From the NCBI GenBank assembly GCA_036721855.1, contig DAIMKF010000002.1:16391-80390 (forward strand): a stretch of 64,000 nt of DNA, given 5' to 3'. Position numbers and translations under genes: made by a program. The stretch is from Bacillota bacterium (GTDB lineage: Bacteria > Bacillota > DTU065). Under the pieces are notes generated by a model, which did not search any database, had not been told where the DNA came from, and was given only the letters and a program-made list of their open reading frames with translations. Below, piece by piece: positions 55,564 to 64,000 of the stretch (the stretch's first letter is position 1; every line of letters starts with the position of its first letter).

Positions 55564-57270
55564 GTGGTTGTTTTGAAACGCTATCAAAGCCTCACTATCA
55601 AATTGCTATTGGGATATGTTTCTTTGCTTTTATTAGTTTTAGGGACAACCTCATTCATTTCTGAAAAACTTATTGGTGCGAAATTTCTAGCTTCCTTAGA
55701 TGAAAATTTATTAAGACAAGCTCATCTTATTGCCCAGACCTATCCCGCTCCAGTTGATAATATTGCCCAAAACCTTGGCTTGCGTGTTACCATTGTTAAT
55801 TCTAATGGTGAAATACTGCTGGAAACATACAAAAACCCCCAAGAGATGGAGATCCATTTAGATAGACCTGAGGTTAAAGAAGCCTTAGCTAACGGGCAAG
55901 GTTTCTCGAGTAGGTATAGTCAGACTCTCAATAGCCATTTACGTTATGTTGCTGTGAAAAAGAACTCATATGTCTACAGAGTTGCAATTCCTCTTACTTT
56001 AATCAATAATTCTTTAAGACAGTTACGACTAATTAGCTTTACAGCTACGATTTTTTCTATTCTCTTTGGTTCGCTCTTTGCTTTTGTATGGAATAAAAAA
56101 ATTCTCAAACCACTTACTGAAATAACTAATGTTGCTGAAATCATTGCTAACGGAGACTTATCCGCCCGAATAACCGCAAAAAGTTCCGATGAAATTGCTA
56201 CTCTAGCCACATCATTTAACCTCATGGCCGATCAGTTAGCTATAACTATTAGTGATCTAACCAGCGAGAAAAACAAACTTAATGCTGTTATTACCAGCAT
56301 GGCTGATGGCTTAATAACTGTTGATAACAACAAAGTTATTACAGTTATTAACCCCAAAGCCTGCCATTTATTTGGTCTAAAAGAGGTTCCCCTTGCCAAA
56401 CCCCTAAGTGAAGTCATCCAAAACCCTGAACTTGTAGCTGCTTTTAAAACGGCATTTAATGAAGGTATTTTGGCATCACGGCAATTTTCTATCTTAAGAA
56501 CGGAAAAAAAACAAATGGAGATCCGTAGTATCCCACTAAAAGACGAAAATAACCATATCATTGGTGCGGTTGGAGTCATCCATGATTTGACAGATATTAA
56601 ACGTGTGGAAAGAGTACGTAAAGACTTTGTAAGTAATGTCTCCCACGAATTAAGAACACCACTGACATCGATAAATGGATTTATCGAAACAATTCGCGAT
56701 AACGAATTAGATCGAAAAACTACACTGCATTTTCTTGAAATAATGTACCAAGAAACTCAAAGAATGATTAACCTTATTAACGATCTCCTAACTATCTCAC
56801 GTCTAGAGTCTGGTCATGTTACATTAAAAAAGACTTTCTTTGCTACTGAAACACTTTGGAAAGAACTTGAAATGCTTTTTGCGTCTAAAATTGAAAATAA
56901 AGGCCTTCAATTGTTATTTGAAGGTAAGATTAAGCTCTATGGAGATAGAGATCAGATTAAACAAATCTATATAAATTTGATAGATAATGCTATCAAATAC
57001 TCTGATCGGGGTTTAATAACAGTCAAGGCTGAAACTTCTTCGGAGGGTGCTGTTTTATCAGTTTCAGACCAAGGTCAAGGAATTCCTCCAGAAGAGCTTT
57101 CGCGCCTCTTTGAGCGTTTCTATAGGTTAGATAAGGCCAGATCAAGGGCCCAGGGTGGCACAGGATTAGGCCTTTCTATTGTAAAGCATATTGCTGAAGA
57201 ACATGACGGTAAACCCTTTGTCCAAAGTAATTTAGGCCAAGGAAGTACCTTTGGTGTAAAACTACCTTAA
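55564..57270 (+). CDS. Sensor histidine kinase (PhoR/WalK-like: 2 TM, HAMP, PAS, HisKA, HATPase)
   Basis: H-box FVSNVSHELRTPLTSI, N-box IDNAIKYS, G-boxes DQGQGI and GGTGLGLSIVK. The start may be TTG 55573, 10 nt after AGGAG. Confidence 0.88.
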   Translation: MVVLKRYQSLTIKLLLGYVSLLLLVLGTTSFISEKLIGAKFLASLDENLLRQAHLIAQTYPAPVDNIAQNLGLRVTIVNSNGEILLETYKNPQEMEIHLDRPEVKEALANGQGFSSRYSQTLNSHLRYVAVKKNSYVYRVAIPLTLINNSLRQLRLISFTATIFSILFGSLFAFVWNKKILKPLTEITNVAEIIANGDLSARITAKSSDEIATLATSFNLMADQLAITISDLTSEKNKLNAVITSMADGLITVDNNKVITVINPKACHLFGLKEVPLAKPLSEVIQNPELVAAFKTAFNEGILASRQFSILRTEKKQMEIRSIPLKDENNHIIGAVGVIHDLTDIKRVERVRKDFVSNVSHELRTPLTSINGFIETIRDNELDRKTTLHFLEIMYQETQRMINLINDLLTISRLESGHVTLKKTFFATETLWKELEMLFASKIENKGLQLLFEGKIKLYGDRDQIKQIYINLIDNAIKYSDRGLITVKAETSSEGAVLSVSDQGQGIPPEELSRLFERFYRLDKARSRAQGGTGLGLSIVKHIAEEHDGKPFVQSNLGQGSTFGVKLP

Positions 57271-57280
57271 GCAATCTCTT

Positions 57281-57307
57281 AAAAAAAAGAGCAGGAATAA
57301 CCTGCTC
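57281..57307 (-). terminator. Terminator after tRNA-Ser(TGA); also sits just downstream of the kinase gene
   Basis: Minus strand reads GAGCAGG-TTATT-CCTGCTC followed by T8. Confidence 0.7.
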
Positions 57308-57319
57308 CTAAGCTATGTA

Positions 57320-57407
<88 letters not shown>

Positions 57408-57493
57408 AACGTTGATATTATAGCATAGACCTGCAATTGAATGCAACAAATTCGAGACTGTATTATTTTAATCTTGGTAGGAGGTAATCTTTT

Positions 57494-58123
57494 ATGTCAC
57501 TTGGGTTAATTATAGAAGGTATTCCTCTCACCGGCAAAACTACTCTCCTAACCGGTCTCCAAAGACATCCGCTCTTTCTTAGCTACGCTGCTGTTTCTAA
57601 GTTAATCTATAGTGAAGACTTAACGCAACGGGTCTTGGAAAAAGACTATAATAGGGGTTTTCTTGATAAATCAGCCAATCTGAACCTTTTAATGAGTATA
57701 ACCAAAGGTTTGCATGAACATGATAAAATGTTACACTGTCGAGGTTTTGCCTCAAAAGACCTTCTTTTTATCCTTGAACGCTTTCATCTTACCCATGCTG
57801 CCTATTACCCTTATCTTACTTGGAATGATGTGGAACCAATCGATCAAATTTTGGGATGTTTAAAAACCAAACTTATTCTTCTTTCAGTCGATCGCCATAC
57901 CTTTGAGAATAGATTATCCGAACGTAACAATACCGGTTTTATGTCCTATATTCAAAGATATGGTTCTAATAAAGAAATGATCCTGGATCACTATATGCAA
58001 AGCCAGGATCGTTATCTTAAACTAGTTCATCAAAGCTGCTTGGAAACAAAAATTATCGATTCTGTTACTTCTCCTGTTTCCAAAGTACTTGAAAGTGCTT
58101 TGGATTTCTGGTTAAAGCCCTAG
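57494..58123 (+). CDS. Uncharacterised P-loop NTPase/kinase-fold protein
   Basis: Walker A GIPLTGKT near the N-terminus; 209 aa. GGAGG SD, 9 nt upstream. Confidence 0.55.
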   Translation: MSLGLIIEGIPLTGKTTLLTGLQRHPLFLSYAAVSKLIYSEDLTQRVLEKDYNRGFLDKSANLNLLMSITKGLHEHDKMLHCRGFASKDLLFILERFHLTHAAYYPYLTWNDVEPIDQILGCLKTKLILLSVDRHTFENRLSERNNTGFMSYIQRYGSNKEMILDHYMQSQDRYLKLVHQSCLETKIIDSVTSPVSKVLESALDFWLKP

Positions 58124-58840
58124 TCTTTTCATATTTTCTCTCATTACATCGAGAATCTCTGGATATTCACTGGTAGGAAAATTAAATAAAACTACATATT
58201 TTGCATTGTCAGCCATTACTTTGCCATCAAGTGAATTATAATTGTCTATGATATAGTCAGGGTCTGCGTTTAATATTTTAGTAATATCCAAAGGAGTTAA
58301 CTGTACACCGCCAAAGACTAAAAATGGCTGAAACCCCAGCCAAGATAAAAACTCGTTCTGGTGAATGTTAACGGCAACTGTCAGACTGGCTACATTCGCT
58401 TGGCGGGCTCTTTCTTGGAATAACTCCGTCTCTTTTAAAAACTCTTTTTCCCAGTTTTTTTGTTTGTCTTCCGTACCAAATTTCTGAGCTAACATCCGTG
58501 TCATATTGATTAAATCCTCAGGAATGTTTGTCGTTCTTACTTGGATTAGCCTATCTTTAACCTCTGGATAAGCTGAAGACAGTTTTTTGATAAAAGGTTC
58601 ATAGCCAGCCCAAATGATATGCTCAGCTTCGAGAACCTTAAGCACATCATGTGGTTTATAATCATATTCCGGTGGGTGTCTAAGTTCAAGAGGTGCCAGA
58701 ATAGTCACATCCTCTGCTCCGGCTGCCCTAGCTATAGCCCCAACCCAGCTAGTTGAAGCTACTATACCTTCTGCTCCGACCATATTGCTTAACAATAATA
58801 TTGCTAGCAGCAAAGATAACTTTTTAACTCTTGCTAACAT
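58112..58840 (-). CDS. Metal (Zn/Mn-type) ABC substrate-binding protein, short TroA/ZnuA-like
   Basis: Signal peptide present. The HPPEYDYKPHDV segment resembles the DPHxYEPxPxD metal-site region. It is the third gene of an ATPase-permease-SBP operon. Confidence 0.6.
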   Translation of the reverse strand: MLARVKKLSLLLAILLLSNMVGAEGIVASTSWVGAIARAAGAEDVTILAPLELRHPPEYDYKPHDVLKVLEAEHIIWAGYEPFIKKLSSAYPEVKDRLIQVRTTNIPEDLINMTRMLAQKFGTEDKQKNWEKEFLKETELFQERARQANVASLTVAVNIHQNEFLSWLGFQPFLVFGGVQLTPLDITKILNADPDYIIDNYNSLDGKVMADNAKYVVLFNFPTSEYPEILDVMRENMKRLGL

Positions 58841-58865
58841 AGTTGTTTCCCTTTCTTTCTTATAT

Positions 58866-59690
58866 TTACCTATTTCGCATAGGTTTTAAAACCTTATTTA
58901 TTAGTGTAGTTATAAATAGTACTCCTACACCGGTAAGTGTTATCGTAACTCCCAGAGGCCAGTTAAAGTAAAGGGCCAACAATAACCCACAAACAGTTGT
59001 AATAAGGCCGAGCAATGATGTATAAACTGCTGCTGCTAAAAGACTGCTTCCCAGCATTAAGCCCCCAAGTGCTGGCAAAAGTACAATTGCATCCACGAGT
59101 AACGCACCCACAATACGCATAGCAACTCCTAATGAAAGGCCGGCCACAAGAAGCATGATATTTCTACTACGCTTGCTTTGAATACCTAATGTTTCTGCCA
59201 ATTCGCTGTTATATAGGACTAGCTGAATTTCTCGATAATAGACTCCGAAAAATAACGCAATAATAGAGGCAATAATAGTCAACGAATAGAGATCCTCACG
59301 GGTAAGTGCTAAAATATTCCCGGCAAATACATCAAACGCCTCCATGGCCGGAACTCCGGCTTGGTAAAAGAGAAAAAAAGCCAGTGCCAAAGAACCTGTC
59401 ATAAAAAGTGCGCCTGCTAAACCGGTATCCATGCTGAGTTTATCCGAAATCGGTCCTAAAAACCACGCTGTTACAGCAATGGCCACCAATGCTCCCCATA
59501 TTGGCGGAATAGCCAAAAGTAAAGCAACTGCAGCACCAAAAAGTGCTGTATGCATTAAGGCAAAGCGAATGGTAGTTAAATTTAGTACTACAATTACAAT
59601 GCCAACTAAAGAAAGAATTCCTCCTGCTAACAAACAGGCAATTAAGGCTCGTAAAAAAATGGGGTATTGGAAAAAGCTAATAATGTTCAT
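58866..59690 (-). CDS. Metal ABC permease (ABC-3 / ZnuB-MntB family)
   Basis: 274 aa, about 8 TM segments, an ABC-3-like hydrophobic profile. GGAGG SD lies inside the upstream gene's end. Confidence 0.7.
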   Translation of the reverse strand: MNIISFFQYPIFLRALIACLLAGGILSLVGIVIVVLNLTTIRFALMHTALFGAAVALLLAIPPIWGALVAIAVTAWFLGPISDKLSMDTGLAGALFMTGSLALAFFLFYQAGVPAMEAFDVFAGNILALTREDLYSLTIIASIIALFFGVYYREIQLVLYNSELAETLGIQSKRSRNIMLLVAGLSLGVAMRIVGALLVDAIVLLPALGGLMLGSSLLAAAVYTSLLGLITTVCGLLLALYFNWPLGVTITLTGVGVLFITTLINKVLKPMRNR

Positions 59691-59691
59691 C

Positions 59692-60375
59692 CTAAGCCTC
59701 CTTTAACTGACCGTCTTTAAGCCTGAGGATTCTGTCAAAGTCCATGCTAATATCTTCATGAGTTATTGTAATCATAGTCAAAGCCTTTTCTCTTTGAATC
59801 TTTTGCATTAGGTAGGGCAACTCTACTTTACCACTTTTATCCAAGTGTGCAACAGGCTCATCTAGCAAGATAATAGGTGCTTGCCGAACCAAAGCTCTAG
59901 CCAAAGCCATTCTTTGAAGTTGACCACCGGAGAGCTTGCTTACATCTCTTTTGGCATATTCGGTAAGCGAGACGGCTGCTAGGGCTTTTTTTACAGCCTC
60001 TCGATCTGTCTGCTTGGGTTTTTTTAAACCTTTAAAACCTTTGGCATATCTTCCCAATAGCACAGCATCAAAAACTGTAATCGGCAATTTCCCGGTTACT
60101 CTTTCTTGAGGAACATAAGCCATATTTTCTCTAGCAAAAACTCGATCTGAAGCGGAAACTATATCTTTTTCTAAAATGGATATCTCACCACTCCAAGGAA
60201 GATATAAACCCAGGAGTAACTTAAAAAAAGTAGTCTTTCCTACTCCATTAGGACCTATAATTGCGAGGGATTCTCCTTTTTCTACCGAGAGGGAGAGAGC
60301 TTTTAACAAGGGGCTTTTTTCATAACCAAAAGTTAGGTTTTGGACTTTTATAGCCTCTTTTTGACTTTTAGCCAT
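59692..60375 (-). CDS. Metal ABC ATP-binding protein (ZnuC-like)
   Basis: Walker A GPNGVGKTT, signature LSGGQLQR, Walker B ILLDEP. Confidence 0.8.
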   Translation of the reverse strand: MAKSQKEAIKVQNLTFGYEKSPLLKALSLSVEKGESLAIIGPNGVGKTTFFKLLLGLYLPWSGEISILEKDIVSASDRVFARENMAYVPQERVTGKLPITVFDAVLLGRYAKGFKGLKKPKQTDREAVKKALAAVSLTEYAKRDVSKLSGGQLQRMALARALVRQAPIILLDEPVAHLDKSGKVELPYLMQKIQREKALTMITITHEDISMDFDRILRLKDGQLKEA

Positions 60376-60404
60376 CTTCTCACCTCACTGTTTATGTAAA
60401 GATT

Positions 60405-60426
60405 GACCCACTAAAAATAGTGGGTC
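60405..60426 (-). terminator. Stem-loop after serS
   Basis: Minus strand reads GACCCACT-ATTTTT-AGTGGGTC. The U-tract is weak. It lies only about 30 nt upstream of the next gene's start. Confidence 0.45.
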
Positions 60427-60432
60427 TTTGGC

Positions 60433-62968
<2,536 letters not shown>

Positions 62969-62994
62969 TAACATACCTCCTGTTTGCTTTGAAT

Positions 62995-64000
62995 TTAGAC
63001 ATTAAACCGATAACTAATAATATCTCCATCTTGAACAAGATAATCTTTACCTTCTAACCTAAAAACGCCGGCTTCTTTTGCTTTTAATTCGGAACCTGTT
63101 TTAATAAAGTCGTTATAAGCTACTACTTCAGCTCTAATAAACCCCCTGGAAATATCGGAATGGATACTGCTTGCAGCTTCTTTAGCGTTTTCGCCGGCTC
63201 TTACAGTCCAAGCACGCACTTCATCTTTGCCTACTGTAAAAAAGGAGATTAATCCTAACATTTTGTAGATAGATCTGGCAATTCTATTGATCCCCGGCTC
63301 AGTTAAACCAAGATCTTCCATAAACAGTTTTTGTTCTTGTTCCGGAAGTTGTAAAAGCTCCATCTCAAGTTTCCCACACACAACTATCAAAGGGTAATTA
63401 TATTCTTTAGCCATAGCTTCTAGTTCGTCTTTTTGGGGATAAGAACCACTGAGATACTGATCTTCGTCAACATTAACTACAATAAGCATGGGTTTTTGTG
63501 TTAGCAGTCCGAAATCCCTCATAAATAAAAGCTCCTCAGTGCCTAGAATTAAAGAACTGATTGGTTTACCTTCTTCTAGTGTTGCGATACACTTTTTAGT
63601 TAAAGTTAATTCTGTAGCATAGTTTTCCGCTTTTTTCTTTTTACCGGTTAAAAGCTTTTCTTTGCGGCTTTCCATTACCTGCAGATCAGCTAGTATTAAC
63701 TCAGTAGCTAAGATGTTGTAGTCTCTTACCGGATTAAGAGAACCTTCAATATGTGGCAAAGAACCACTAAAGGCTCTGATAACCTGAACCAAGGCATCGA
63801 CTTGCCTTACATCAGACAAGAATTTGTTCCCGGTCCCTTTTCCTTCGCTTGAACCAGCAACTAGCCCTGCAACATCAGTAACTTTGATTATGGCAGGAGT
63901 AAACTTTTCTGGTTCATAAATTTTTTTCAGCTTGTCCATGCGTAAATCCGGTACCTTTGCCATCCCAACATTAGCAGCAATTTTACCAGAATAAAAGCTA
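62995..64000 (-). CDS. ychF: Redox-regulated ATPase YchF (C-terminal about 335 aa; 5' end runs off the window)
   Basis: The reading frame stays open beyond the track's Met to the window edge (..[24 protein letters not shown]). The TGS-domain C-terminus [18 protein letters not shown] is present. Confidence 0.88.
   Translation of the reverse strand, partial: SFYSGKIAANVGMAKVPDLRMDKLKKIYEPEKFTPAIIKVTDVAGLVAGSSEGKGTGNKFLSDVRQVDALVQVIRAFSGSLPHIEGSLNPVRDYNILATELILADLQVMESRKEKLLTGKKKKAENYATELTLTKKCIATLEEGKPISSLILGTEELLFMRDFGLLTQKPMLIVVNVDEDQYLSGSYPQKDELEAMAKEYNYPLIVVCGKLEMELLQLPEQEQKLFMEDLGLTEPGINRIARSIYKMLGLISFFTVGKDEVRAWTVRAGENAKEAASSIHSDISRGFIRAEVVAYNDFIKTGSELKAKEAGVFRLEGKDYLVQDGDIISYRFNV

Overview
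A 64 kb, low-GC bacterial chromosomal segment; hand counts on sampled 60-nt lines give about 37% GC. About 80% of genes are on the minus strand. Gene content looks Firmicutes-like: YhaO/YhaN SbcCD-type nuclease, PepV, DegV+DUF1836, and a YkfB/YkfC-type murein-peptide pair. Two proteins have outer-membrane beta-barrel-like C-termini, which suggests a diderm low-GC lineage (inference only). Core blocks: glmU (partial); a TPP-riboswitch-controlled thiamine-type ABC importer; a murein-peptide recycling cluster; DUF368; pepV; yhaO/yhaN; a five-gene Opp/Dpp-type peptide ABC operon with a consensus sigma-A promoter; a trimeric NuoE/NuoF/[FeFe]-hydrogenase operon (hydCBA); argS; an OmpR/PhoR-type two-component pair; a Zn/Mn-type ABC importer; ychF-glyA-serS; and three tRNAs (Arg-CCT, Ser-GCT, Ser-TGA). 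Positions about 21.5-34.7 kb look like a decaying accessory region. It holds two paralogous orphan sugar-type binding proteins, a frameshifted wHTH regulator, a solitary hsdS, a GyrI-like gene fragment with an in-frame stop, a higher-GC AraC/GyrI gene, two tandem metallophosphoesterase paralogs around a DUF1080-like gene, ddh, and an IS1182-family transposase remnant. A second higher-GC patch (about 9.1-12.2 kb) sits between the thiamine transporter and the murein-peptide cluster. No CRISPR array, rRNA, prophage or recognisable defence island was seen. The three observations I rate most worth follow-up: (1) a recurrent Shine-Dalgarno / stem-loop / start-codon layout at four genes; (2) a Cys-to-Ser change at the proton-relay position of the HydA H-cluster L1 motif; (3) an 854-aa HExxH + beta-propeller + beta-barrel-like secreted protein. 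All calls come from reading the sequence and the ORF track; no database searches were run.
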